A DNA stretch of 64,000 nucleotides from Candidatus Latescibacterota bacterium (GTDB lineage: Bacteria > Latescibacterota > UBA2968). This document shows positions 49,851 to 59,573 of the stretch, piece after piece. A program made the translations under genes and the position numbers. Location: contig OZ242320.1 of assembly GCA_965208125.1 (NCBI GenBank), positions 64,001-128,000 on the forward strand, in the 5' to 3' direction. How positions within the stretch are numbered: position 1 is the first letter of the stretch; every line of letters begins with the position of its first letter. The notes beneath the pieces were generated by a model that saw nothing but the letters and a program-made list of their open reading frames with translations, was not told where the DNA came from and did not search any database.

Positions 49851-49881
49851 AAAAGCGGCCCAAACAAAAATTTGGACCGCT
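49851..49881 (-). terminator. terminator after dnaJ
   Basis: Minus strand AGCGGTCCAAA/TTTGGGCCGCT + TTT. Confidence 0.7.
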
Positions 49882-49905
49882 CGCCTGTTTCCCTTGTGAT
49901 GTACA

Positions 49906-51060
49906 CTACCCTCCAAATGCTTCTCTAACGCGCTCAAAAAAACCTTTTCCACCCTCTGGCGGCTGTATGTTTTCCAATTTGGCAAGCCTGGCAAATAACT
50001 CCTCTTCCTCCCGGCTCAATTTTGCCGGCGTCCAGACCGCTACGCGCACGAGTTGATCGCCCGTGCGATATCCATCCAATTCGGGAATGCCCTTACCGCG
50101 CAATCTAAAAATCCGCCCCGATTGTGTACCAGCAGGGATCTTCATACTCACGCGACCAGTCAGGGTCGGCACTTCTATATCTGCTCCCAGAGCTGCCTGA
50201 CTAAAACTGATGGGCAAATCGTACACAATATCGTTACCGTGTCTTTCAAAATAGTCGTGTTCTTCTTCTTCAACAAAGACCATACAATCGCCTGCTGGTC
50301 CGCCATTTGGCCCGGCATTGCCCTGCCCTCGCAGAGGAATATAATTGCCTTCGGAAATACCCGCCGGGATATTGACCGAAATATCTTTTTGCTTCTTCAC
50401 TCGCCCCTGCCCCTGACAACTATCACATCGCTCGCGCACCACATTGCCATTGCCATTGCACTGTGGACAGGTGGTGACATTGACAAACTGTCCAAACAGG
50501 GAGCGCGTGGCCTGCCGAATCTGCCCTACACCACCACACATATCGCATGTTATGGGGGAACTCCCTGGCTTTGCACCATCACCTCCGCACGTATCACAGG
50601 ACTCCAACCGCGACAGCCGAATGGTTTTTTGAGCACCCTCGGCTATCTCCTCTAACGTCAGACTGATCGAAATCCTCAAATCTTCGCCGCGATTTGACCG
50701 CCGTTGGCTGCGCCGACCAAACAAATCGCCAAAGATACCACCGCCGAAGATCTCATCCAGATTCGAAAAAATATCTTGAAAATCACCAGCGTGCGAAAAG
50801 TCCGACCACTGAAACCCACCACCCCGAAACGTCCCGCTGACGCCTTCGTGTCCAAAGCGGTCATACGCCTGTCGCTTTTGTGCATCCATCAGCACTTCAT
50901 AAGCTTCGGCACCTTCTTTGAACATTTCCTCTGCTTGTGGATTATCCTTATTGCGATCCGGGTGATATTTCAGTGCGTGCTTGCGATAAGCTTTCTTAAT
51001 CTCATCTTCCGAAGCTCCGCGATCCACCCCCAATATCTCGTAATAATCTCTTTTGGCCAT
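49906..51060 (-). CDS. dnaJ: chaperone DnaJ
   Basis: HPD J-domain, G/F region, four CxxCxGxG. Confidence 0.98.
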   Translation of the reverse strand: MAKRDYYEILGVDRGASEDEIKKAYRKHALKYHPDRNKDNPQAEEMFKEGAEAYEVLMDAQKRQAYDRFGHEGVSGTFRGGGFQWSDFSHAGDFQDIFSNLDEIFGGGIFGDLFGRRSQRRSNRGEDLRISISLTLEEIAEGAQKTIRLSRLESCDTCGGDGAKPGSSPITCDMCGGVGQIRQATRSLFGQFVNVTTCPQCNGNGNVVRERCDSCQGQGRVKKQKDISVNIPAGISEGNYIPLRGQGNAGPNGGPAGDCMVFVEEEEHDYFERHGNDIVYDLPISFSQAALGADIEVPTLTGRVSMKIPAGTQSGRIFRLRGKGIPELDGYRTGDQLVRVAVWTPAKLSREEEELFARLAKLENIQPPEGGKGFFERVREAFGG

Positions 51061-51113
51061 TGACCTTTCCCATCAACAAACATGTAAAAAGAGCCGCTCA
51101 TTTGCGACCCTGT

Positions 51114-51803
51114 TCATAGTTTATCTGCCTCCGCGTCCTCTTCCGGGGCCTCCGGTGCGGGTTTGCCCTGACTTACCACCACTTTCGCCGGGCGCAGCAC
51201 CTTATCGCCCAGGCTATATCCTTTTTCAATCTCATCCGAAACAATACCGGCATCGTGGACTTCTGATGGCATCTGCATCAATGCTTCATGCACAGTCGGA
51301 TCAAATGGTTTGCCAACCGTCTCAATTTCTTTCAGATTGCGATTGTAGAGCACGCGCGGAAATTGCTCCATAATCATTTTTATGCCTTCTTGAAATCCCT
51401 CTGACTCCGTATCCCCATTTTCGCTGTGTGCCAATGCGCGGCCAACCCCATCTAAAATGGGCAATAAATCGCGAATTACATCTTCGCTGGCAGATTGCAC
51501 AAGGATCTCAAATTCTCGCGCCCTGCGCTTTTTGTAATTCTCAAACTCAGCGGCAAGACGCATCCATCGATCCTTGTACATTTCGGCTTCTTCGCGGGCC
51601 AAAAATAACGGAGTAGCCTCTATCTTCTCCTTTGGCTCCTCCGATTGACCGGTCTCCTCATCAATCTCATCTGATTGATCGGCCTCATCATTAATCTCAT
51701 CTTTCACCACCTCTACCTCCGCATCCTCCATCACCTCATCTTCCACCACCTCTGCATCTACATCTTCCAAGACTTCTTCTTTCTGTGCTTTCTTCTGTGC
51801 CAT
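51114..51803 (-). CDS. grpE: nucleotide exchange factor GrpE
   Basis: RLAAEFENYKKR, FDPTVHEA, KGY.L.DKVLRPAKVVV. Confidence 0.96.
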   Translation of the reverse strand: MAQKKAQKEEVLEDVDAEVVEDEVMEDAEVEVVKDEINDEADQSDEIDEETGQSEEPKEKIEATPLFLAREEAEMYKDRWMRLAAEFENYKKRRAREFEILVQSASEDVIRDLLPILDGVGRALAHSENGDTESEGFQEGIKMIMEQFPRVLYNRNLKEIETVGKPFDPTVHEALMQMPSEVHDAGIVSDEIEKGYSLGDKVLRPAKVVVSQGKPAPEAPEEDAEADKL

Positions 51804-51821
51804 AAGTTCTCAATAACTCCT

Positions 51822-52847
51822 TTACCTGCGATCCAGCATCTCTTCTGTTAGATTTGCCATATACTGCACCAGGGGAACGAGCCGCCCATAAGGCAATCGC
51901 GTTGGCCCAATAATCCCGATAACACCCGACACATTGCCCACCGAATACGTAGAAGTCAGCAAACTGCAATCCTTGAGCTCGGGAGATTCGTGTTCATCTC
52001 CAATCGTGATGGAAATACCCGCATCTCGCGCGCGGTCACTCAACAAATGCGCTACGTATTCACGAGCTTCCAACATGCCAATCAGACCGGCCAGACGTTC
52101 ACTGGAAAAGTCGGGCTGACCAAAAAAGTTGCGCGTACCATCCATATGCAGATCGGCACTGCTCGGAAATCTGAATAAATGATCAGCACTATTGGCAAGC
52201 AAATGCAACAGCTTAGGAGACCCGGACGATGCGGACGCAAGCCGTTCTTTGACGGACGCCATAATCTCGCCTATAGTAAGCCCAGAAAGCCGCTGGTTGA
52301 CCACCCGCCGCGTTTCTTCCAACTCGTTTTCTTCAATTTCTGAGTCGATTTCGACGACCATAGTCTTGACCAGCCCAGACCGAATAGTCATCACCATCAG
52401 CAGTTTGGATTCACTCAACTTGAGCATTTCTAAACGCTCAAAAATGCCCTGGGTGAACTGTGGGCCAAGTGCAATACCCAGATTGTGCGATACATCGGCC
52501 AAAACTTTGGACACTTGCACCAATAAATCGTCGGCGTTGCCCTCTCGCAAACGCTCGACACTATCCCGAATAGACCGTTGTGCAGCCTCGGCGAGTTCCT
52601 CCCGATTCATCAGCATATCGACATAGTACCGATACCCCTTATCGCTTGGCACCCTCCCAGCCGAAGTGTGAGGCTGGTACAAATAGCCTTTTTCTTCGAG
52701 ATCGGCCATCGAGTTTCGAATGGTCGCCGCGCTGAGCCCCAAATCCATCTTGGAAATTGTGCGCGACCCCACCGGCTCACCTGTGGTGACATAAGTGCCA
52801 ATCAAAATGTCGAGAATTGCTTTTTCCCGAGGTGTCAGTTCGGTCAT
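51822..52847 (-). CDS. hrcA: heat-inducible repressor HrcA
   Basis: EPVGS, SAATIRNSMADLE..GYL.QPHTSAGRVPSDKGYRYYVD, IGPTRL.Y; start ATG 52847. Confidence 0.96.
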   Translation of the reverse strand: MTELTPREKAILDILIGTYVTTGEPVGSRTISKMDLGLSAATIRNSMADLEEKGYLYQPHTSAGRVPSDKGYRYYVDMLMNREELAEAAQRSIRDSVERLREGNADDLLVQVSKVLADVSHNLGIALGPQFTQGIFERLEMLKLSESKLLMVMTIRSGLVKTMVVEIDSEIEENELEETRRVVNQRLSGLTIGEIMASVKERLASASSGSPKLLHLLANSADHLFRFPSSADLHMDGTRNFFGQPDFSSERLAGLIGMLEAREYVAHLLSDRARDAGISITIGDEHESPELKDCSLLTSTYSVGNVSGVIGIIGPTRLPYGRLVPLVQYMANLTEEMLDRR

Positions 52848-52911
52848 AGCATGTCCCTTTCCGTCTGGATGAAAGGGGAAAAAACGACCTATCCGCGTTG
52901 ATACGTTAGTT

Positions 52912-52940
52912 ATGATATAGGAAGAGGTAGCGATTGTCAA
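52912..52940 (-). promoter_or_regulatory. sigma70 promoter of hrcA operon
   Basis: Minus strand TTGACA-17 bp-TATCAT. Confidence 0.7.
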
Positions 52941-52948
52941 GCCCCATC

Positions 52949-52985
52949 AAAAAACGGGTTGGCCGACTTACCGGACCAACCCGTT
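52949..52985 (-). terminator. intrinsic terminator
   Basis: ACGGGTTGG/CCAACCCGT stem with T-run on minus strand. Confidence 0.75.
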
Positions 52986-53009
52986 CCCAATCTCAAACAT
53001 GCTTATTTT

Positions 53010-54611
53010 TTAATTGCCACTCACCGGCTTGCCAAAAGCACTGGCAAAGATCAAAAAGTCTGAAAATGCGACCGTACCATCCCCGTCTAAATCAGCCGCA
53101 GCATTGTATCCCGGTCCTCCCTCACTCGTGCCAAAAGCAGCGGCAAAAAGCAAGAAATCGGAGAAATCGACATCTCCATCACTATCCAGATCAGCACTGC
53201 GCGTCTGAGACGGCGCCTGGCGTATCACGATTAACGCTTGAATTGCGGTCTCGGAAATAGGGAATCCGAGTAAGGAAACGGTATTACCAGGCATCAAGTC
53301 GGTAATGGGAAAAATAAGTTGGACGAGATCATCAACATTGCCAGAAAAGAATATTGCGATAATATCCTCAACATTCTTCTGGTCAAGGGTAATCATCAGA
53401 GCCTGTGATACATCCACTCTTACCTGTTGACCATTGCGTTGAATGAAAAACGAATTGTTTTCAGCATCTACACTCTGAACACTGACCTCTCGAATATCAA
53501 CGGGTTCCGGCTCAGCAATTTCTTCCAGCATGACTTGTAAACCGGTTGCGCTGGCACCATTGACAACCTGAATCAGCGTCGCGGGATCGACGTCACCCGT
53601 GAAGGGATTGATGCCCACAAAAGCACCTAACTGGCCCATGTTTCCCTGTGCATCCACCACATCTTGATTCAAAGCCAGTATAAGTATATAAGACCCATTC
53701 GGCACATGTTTTAACTCAAATGCCAGTTGTTCATTGAGATTGGCAACGCGAACAATAGCACCTTCAAATGGATCTTCGTCATTGCCAGTGATAAGTGCTG
53801 GATTTATCAGCACCGCTACACCAGGACTATCACTCAGCGAAAAACCTTCGGGCAAAATACTTATGCCGGAAACCACAGCATCTGGCAGTTCCACTGTGCC
53901 CCAAAAATACTGTTGAACCTCGGCAATAGGAGCCATATCTGAACGGCCAATAAGCATCTGATAGGTCGCGCCTTCGGGCAAATTAACAGTACCCGTCAAT
54001 TTTGTGCGATCTTCGCTGGCAGCCAAATCTGGAGCCGTTGCAATCGCTTCAATTAACCCAATGGGATAGGAAACAAAATCCAGCCCAATATCCACACCTG
54101 CCGCGTCAACGGTTACAATAGGCATGTTAAACGCAATCTCAAACTGCTGCATCCCACTCGGCACGGGCGGATTCTTCACGTCTTCCTGGAGTGTCACACC
54201 GCCAATCACAAACGAAGTCACAGCGGGCGTAGCTGGCTGTTGTGGTACAAAACTATTGGAATCACCAGGATTTGTCACCTGAATGCTTGGATCTATTGTA
54301 CCATCGCCATCCGGATCACCCAATTCTTGACCATTGGACACGCCATCGCCATCTGAATCGAGCATTGCGAGCATGGCATTCCATTGAACGTTACCACTAC
54401 GACCTGACTGCGTCAGGTAATTGTTGTTGATATCCCTTCCAAAAGGTGTGAGTGGTCCACCTCCACCAGGATCCACATGGCACGAAGCACATCCCAGCGC
54501 ACTGCCATTGGGTAGCTGACTTACGCGGAAAGGACGGGCATCTGCCTGTCCCCATCCAATAAAGACAAGGACCATTACTGATAGCAGTCTGTGAGAATTC
54601 AACCGCGACAT
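53010..54611 (-). CDS. secreted protein with temptin-like CxxCH N-domain and C-terminal dockerin-like EF-hands
   Basis: Signal peptide; LPNG..GCASCH..GGGGPLTPFGRD..W...L.MLDSDGDGVSNGQELGDP; DLDSDGDVDFSDF x2. Confidence 0.75.
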   Translation of the reverse strand: MSRLNSHRLLSVMVLVFIGWGQADARPFRVSQLPNGSALGCASCHVDPGGGGPLTPFGRDINNNYLTQSGRSGNVQWNAMLAMLDSDGDGVSNGQELGDPDGDGTIDPSIQVTNPGDSNSFVPQQPATPAVTSFVIGGVTLQEDVKNPPVPSGMQQFEIAFNMPIVTVDAAGVDIGLDFVSYPIGLIEAIATAPDLAASEDRTKLTGTVNLPEGATYQMLIGRSDMAPIAEVQQYFWGTVELPDAVVSGISILPEGFSLSDSPGVAVLINPALITGNDEDPFEGAIVRVANLNEQLAFELKHVPNGSYILILALNQDVVDAQGNMGQLGAFVGINPFTGDVDPATLIQVVNGASATGLQVMLEEIAEPEPVDIREVSVQSVDAENNSFFIQRNGQQVRVDVSQALMITLDQKNVEDIIAIFFSGNVDDLVQLIFPITDLMPGNTVSLLGFPISETAIQALIVIRQAPSQTRSADLDSDGDVDFSDFLLFAAAFGTSEGGPGYNAAADLDGDGTVAFSDFLIFASAFGKPVSGN

Positions 54612-54963
54612 AAACAATCCTCCTGAAGAGGGTGAATTAGAGACAACACGACGTTGCATCTCATCTCCGGAAAATGTAGATCATGTCCCATTGAAAGGCA
54701 ACTGCTTTTTCAGTAAAAAAAATTGTCTTGCAACTTGTAGAGAAATGTATATAATTAGACCTTGTTTTTTTCGTATTCTTCTATAATTGAATCTTGTTTT
54801 TCGGGTATCATCGCCCGACAGTGTAACACATATTTAATACATGAGAAATCACGCGGAAACAAACACCATCTATATTCCGTGCCGATGTTTCGGGTCGGCA
54901 AAACTGTCGATCCTTTCATTTATCAATACCAGGCCACATTTCTCACCATGAAAGGAGCAAAAT

Positions 54964-56382
54964 ATGGCCCAAACGCCACAAGATGTTCTTGCAATGATCG
55001 CAGATCAGGGCATTAGAGTTGTCGATTTTCGCTTTACCGATTTTCCCGGACATTGGCAGCATTTTACTGTCATGGCCTCCGAGATCGAAGAAGAAACCTT
55101 TGAAGACGGACTCGGCTTTGACGGATCCAGTATTCGCGGCTGGCAGGCCATCAACGAATCGGACATGCTCGTCATACCCGATCCCGCCACAGCGTTGATC
55201 GATCCCTTCCTCGAAGAACCCACCCTCGTAATGATCTGTAATATTGCCGATCCCATCACCAAAAGCGGCTATTCGCGCGACCCGCGTTCGGTCGCTCAAA
55301 AAGCCGAAGCTTATATGCAATCCACGGGCATTGGCGATACGGCATTTTTCGGTCCAGAAGCCGAATTTTTTGTTTTTGACGATGTGCGCTTTGGCGAAGG
55401 GTCAAACCACGCCTTTCACAGCGTAGATTCAGTTGAAGGCTACTGGAATTCGGGCAGAGATGAAGGTCCCAACCTCGGTTACAAACCCCGCCACAAAGAA
55501 GGCTATTTCCCCGTGCCGCCCCACGACACGCTGCAAAATATACGTACCGAAATGGTGCTGACCATGGAAGAGGTCGGCATTGACATTGAAGTTCACCACC
55601 ACGAAGTATCAACCGGTGGTCAGGGCGAAATCGACATTCGGTTCTGCCCGATGGTCACATGCGCCGACAGAATGACCTGGTACAAATACATCGTCAAAAA
55701 CGTGGCACACAAACACGGCAAAACCGCCACCTTTATGCCCAAACCGCTTTTTGAAGACAATGGCACGGGCATGCACACGCACCAGAGCATCTGGAAAGGC
55801 GATGAGCCTCTCTTTGCCGGGTCGGGATACGCGGGCCTGAGCGAAATGGCACTGCACTATATCGGCGGCATTCTCAAACACGCCGATGCGTTGATCGCAT
55901 TGACCAACCCGACCACCAACTCGTTTAAGCGTCTGGTACCCGGGTATGAAGCCCCGGTCAATCTGGCCTATTCGCAGCGCAATCGCAGTGCTGCAATACG
56001 CCTCCCGATGTATTCTCAAAGTCCCAAAGCCAAGCGCGTCGAATTTCGGTGTCCGGACCCGAGTGCCAATCCCTATCTGGCTTTCGCGGCCATGTTAATG
56101 GCTGGCCTGGACGGCATTCAAAACAAAATTCATCCAGGGGATCCGCTCGACAAAAACCTCTACGACCTCGAACCCGAAGAAGCCGCATCCATCCCGCAGA
56201 CACCGGGTTCACTGTCCGATGCCCTCGATGCATTGGCGGCGGATCACGACTTCCTGCTCAAGGGTGATGTCTTTACCGAAGACGTGATCGAAACGTGGAT
56301 CGAATACAAGCGCGAAAACGAAGTTGACGCCATCAACCAGCGTCCTCATCCACACGAATTCGCACTTTATTTCGATGTGTAA
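54964..56382 (+). CDS. glnA: glutamine synthetase type I
   Basis: [41 protein letters not shown] adenylylation motif. Confidence 0.98.
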   Translation: MAQTPQDVLAMIADQGIRVVDFRFTDFPGHWQHFTVMASEIEEETFEDGLGFDGSSIRGWQAINESDMLVIPDPATALIDPFLEEPTLVMICNIADPITKSGYSRDPRSVAQKAEAYMQSTGIGDTAFFGPEAEFFVFDDVRFGEGSNHAFHSVDSVEGYWNSGRDEGPNLGYKPRHKEGYFPVPPHDTLQNIRTEMVLTMEEVGIDIEVHHHEVSTGGQGEIDIRFCPMVTCADRMTWYKYIVKNVAHKHGKTATFMPKPLFEDNGTGMHTHQSIWKGDEPLFAGSGYAGLSEMALHYIGGILKHADALIALTNPTTNSFKRLVPGYEAPVNLAYSQRNRSAAIRLPMYSQSPKAKRVEFRCPDPSANPYLAFAAMLMAGLDGIQNKIHPGDPLDKNLYDLEPEEAASIPQTPGSLSDALDALAADHDFLLKGDVFTEDVIETWIEYKRENEVDAINQRPHPHEFALYFDV

Positions 56383-56407
56383 TATTGTAAGCCGTTTTTA
56401 GAGGCAC

Positions 56408-56447
56408 AAAAAAGCAGGTGGTTATATTCCGACCACCTGCTTTTTTT
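56408..56447. terminator. bidirectional terminator
   Basis: A6-GCAGGTGGT/ACCACCTGC-T7. Confidence 0.88.
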
Positions 56448-56459
56448 GTCCAGTCTCTC

Positions 56460-57248
56460 TCAATCCCTCAACTTCGTCTTCTCATCCCACCTCACCAAAT
56501 CCAGATATTTTTGTGAAAAGCCAATCGCATCCCGAACATCGGCACCGCGCATGTCGGCATTATCAAACTGGGCTTTGAAGAGATCGGTTTTTTGCATGTG
56601 GGCGCGTTGGAGATTGGCCTGGCGCAAATCTACTTTGACGAGATCGGCCTCCTGGAGCCTGGCACTTTGCAGATTGGCTCCCCTCAAATTGGCATCGGTC
56701 AAATCCGATTTTCTGATATCGGCTGTACGCAAGATAGCATTTTCGAAATCCACTTTGACCAATATAGCCTCTGACAAATTGGCCTTGTAGAAATTCGCAT
56801 TTTTGCATCTGGCTCCGCGCAAATTGCACCCTGCCAATTTTGCCTCCTCAAAATTTGCGTCTTCCATATTTGCACCGCTGAGATCAGCCAATTCCAAATC
56901 CGCCGGCGAGACCTGTGCGCCTTTCATATTCGCTCCTGTAAGGATCGCATTCTGCAAGAACGCCCCACTTAAATCAACCTCTTCGAGATTTGCATCGCGC
57001 AAATTGGCCTGTAAAAGACGCGCGCGCTGTAAGTTCGCACCCGATAAATTGGCACCCCGTAACTGCGCGCCACTGAGAATGGCTTCGCGCATATCGGCAT
57101 GTTGTAATGCGGCATTTTGCAATTCCGCTCGGTTTAAATTTGCACCGACCAGATCAGCGCGTACTCCCTCTGTCCCGTTGGACGCTATCCAGGCTTGATG
57201 TCGTGCAAGGATCTCGCGCATCTGTGCAGGTGAAAGAGTTATGGGCAT
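56460..57248 (-). CDS. pentapeptide repeat protein
   Basis: Long A(N/D)Lxx run after ILARHQAW..G.RADL. Confidence 0.92.
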   Translation of the reverse strand: MPITLSPAQMREILARHQAWIASNGTEGVRADLVGANLNRAELQNAALQHADMREAILSGAQLRGANLSGANLQRARLLQANLRDANLEEVDLSGAFLQNAILTGANMKGAQVSPADLELADLSGANMEDANFEEAKLAGCNLRGARCKNANFYKANLSEAILVKVDFENAILRTADIRKSDLTDANLRGANLQSARLQEADLVKVDLRQANLQRAHMQKTDLFKAQFDNADMRGADVRDAIGFSQKYLDLVRWDEKTKLRD

Positions 57249-57264
57249 GTGATTTCTCCCTTCG

Positions 57265-57822
57265 CTAAATTCTGATAATTTCGTTTTCGGTTATGATCAA
57301 ATCCATCTTCACATCGTGTGGCTCGGCAGGCACGCGATCTATAATCTGAAAACTATAAGATAAGCCGATTCGAACTGCTTCAGTCCGTGCCAGAAATCGG
57401 TCATAATATCCACCCCCCGATCCAATCCGATGCCCAAAGCGATCAAAAGCAATGCCCGGAATGAGAATCACGTCAATGGTATGAGGCAACAGCACCTTTT
57501 GGGAATCTGGAACCGGTTCGCGCAAACCATAATGCACAGGTCGCAGTTCACTCAGTCCCAAAATCGCTTGAAAATCCATATCTCCATCTTCCCGCGTAAC
57601 AGGTACTCCCACCTGTTTGCCACTTCCAATTGCTTTTTGGATCACTATTCTCGTATCCACCTCATTTTTTATTGACACATAACAGGCAATACGCCGTGCA
57701 AGCTGGTATGCTGGCATATCGATTAGCTGGCGATAAATACGCAAACTCTTCTCGCGAACAACTCGTTCGGACATTTGGATACGCTCGGTGTGAAGGCTAC
57801 GTTTTAGATCTGGCTTTGTCAT
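57265..57822 (-). CDS. ygfA: 5-formyltetrahydrofolate cyclo-ligase
   Basis: NEVDT, IPGIAFD..G.RIGSGGGYYDRFL, EPHDVKMD.IITE. Confidence 0.93.
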   Translation of the reverse strand: MTKPDLKRSLHTERIQMSERVVREKSLRIYRQLIDMPAYQLARRIACYVSIKNEVDTRIVIQKAIGSGKQVGVPVTREDGDMDFQAILGLSELRPVHYGLREPVPDSQKVLLPHTIDVILIPGIAFDRFGHRIGSGGGYYDRFLARTEAVRIGLSYSFQIIDRVPAEPHDVKMDLIITENEIIRI

Positions 57823-57939
57823 AATAAGTTTCTCGCTTCTCGCTTGACTTTAATAAATTAAACCGTTAAAATTTCACAACATTTTTTATTATATTTATCG
57901 ACATTTAGGCGGACAAGTTGAATTTTCATCGTTAATAAT

Positions 57940-58779
57940 ATGAAAGACACACACATAAACGGCTCTCGCGACTGTACTCAGCTTCAAGATAGACTAAAAG
58001 CGCGAGGCAACCTGCCGTCGCATATTGCGATAATTATGGATGGCAATGGGCGGTGGGCGCAACAGCGAGATTTGCGCCGCACAGATGGGCATCGGTCTGC
58101 CCGCGAAACCGTGCGCGATATTGTGCGTGCATGTGGCGAACTCGAAATAGATATTCTCACTCTGTTCACCTTTGGCACAGACAATTGGCGTCGTCCCTGG
58201 TCAGAAGTATTGTCACTGATGCAATTGTTGCGTGACTGTTCACACGAAGAACTCAATGAATTGCAGGAAAACAACGTGCGTCTCATCGCAACCGGCGATA
58301 CGGAGCGGCTGGTAAAGCACTCGCGTAAAGCACTTAGAAATGCCATTCGCGAAACGGCTAACAATACGGGGCTTACGCTTAATCTCGCGTTGAGCTACGA
58401 CGGTAAGAGCGATATCCTTCAAGCCGTACAAAGCATCGCTGTCGATATCGCACAGGGACGTATTTCACCAGATGCAATTGATGCCGATTTATTTTCCCAA
58501 CACCTTTATACGGGTAACTTGCCCGATCCCGATTTATTGATTCGCACCAGCGGTGAAGTTCGCTTGAGCAATTTTATGCTCTGGCAGTGCGCTTATACCG
58601 AGTTCTGGTTTACAGATGTACTGTGGCCTGATTTTAAGCGCGAGCACCTCTACGAAGCCATCCGCAGTTATCAAAATCGAGAACGGCGGTTTGGCAAAAC
58701 AGGACTTCAATTACGCGATGAAACGCTCGCAAGTAAAACCAATGGGTCTTCGGAGGACTTGTGGCAAAGTCCAATCTAA
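57940..58779 (+). CDS. uppS: undecaprenyl diphosphate synthase
   Basis: HIAIIMDGNGRWA, NWRRP, DLLIRTSGEVRLSNFMLWQ, RRFG. Confidence 0.95.
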   Translation: MKDTHINGSRDCTQLQDRLKARGNLPSHIAIIMDGNGRWAQQRDLRRTDGHRSARETVRDIVRACGELEIDILTLFTFGTDNWRRPWSEVLSLMQLLRDCSHEELNELQENNVRLIATGDTERLVKHSRKALRNAIRETANNTGLTLNLALSYDGKSDILQAVQSIAVDIAQGRISPDAIDADLFSQHLYTGNLPDPDLLIRTSGEVRLSNFMLWQCAYTEFWFTDVLWPDFKREHLYEAIRSYQNRERRFGKTGLQLRDETLASKTNGSSEDLWQSPI

Positions 58780-59573
58780 TTCAGCGCGTGTTGGCGGCCG
58801 CAGTTTTTGGTCCAGTTTTGGTGGTACTATTCTGGTTGGGTGACTATTGGCTATTTGTGATGTGGTGCGGCGTGGTCTCTGTAGGAACCTGGGAATTTTA
58901 TCGCATGCTATCTCAGAAAGGGCTGTACCCCTGGACGGGATTTGGCATTGTTATATCTCTCTCCTGGTGTGTTGTAGCATTTGTTATTGGGCCAAATGTT
59001 TTCGCATTTTTTTTTCTCGTATTATTGCTATTAATGTTTAGCGTAGCCCTGTTTCGAGACACCACAGGCTATCGCCTGCTCAACGCAGGAGGCACGCTTT
59101 TAGGTGTACTTTACGTCGGTTTTTTGGGCAGTTTTGTTCTCATAGTGAGAAACTCATTGCCCTTTGGTGCGTCAGAACAGGGGCAAGTTGCTGTTCTCAT
59201 CTTACTGGGGATTTGGGCCAATGATACAATGGCCTATTTTTTTGGACGGTGGTTTGGCCGATGGCACCCCTTTCCTTCCATAAGCGCGGCAAAGACCGAA
59301 GCCGGATTCATCGGAGGTCTTCTATCCGCACTTTTGGTCATAGGACTTGGCGCGCAGATACTTGAATTATTTAATATAACCCAAAGCCTCATACTCGGCC
59401 TTCTCATTGGCATCGGGGCATCTTTGGGAGATCTCGTTGAATCCATGATCAAACGCGATATGGACGTCAAAGATACGTCGGAACTGATCCCTGGACACGG
59501 TGGTGTGCTGGATCGCTTTGACAGTGCTTTTTTTGTTTTCCCACTTATTTATCTTTATTTACAATTTTTATGA
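58761..59573 (+). CDS. cdsA: phosphatidate cytidylyltransferase
   Basis: NDTMAYFFG, GDLVESMIKR..VKD..IPGHGGVLDRFDS. Confidence 0.95.
   Translation: MAKSNLIQRVLAAAVFGPVLVVLFWLGDYWLFVMWCGVVSVGTWEFYRMLSQKGLYPWTGFGIVISLSWCVVAFVIGPNVFAFFFLVLLLLMFSVALFRDTTGYRLLNAGGTLLGVLYVGFLGSFVLIVRNSLPFGASEQGQVAVLILLGIWANDTMAYFFGRWFGRWHPFPSISAAKTEAGFIGGLLSALLVIGLGAQILELFNITQSLILGLLIGIGASLGDLVESMIKRDMDVKDTSELIPGHGGVLDRFDSAFFVFPLIYLYLQFL

Noticed and set aside
56460-57248. Qnr/MfpA quinolone resistance protein
   Set aside because: Generic pentapeptide repeats, no diagnostic features recognised
57823-57939. 6S RNA upstream of ygfA
   Set aside because: Only 117 bp of AT-rich divergent promoter sequence, too short and unstructured
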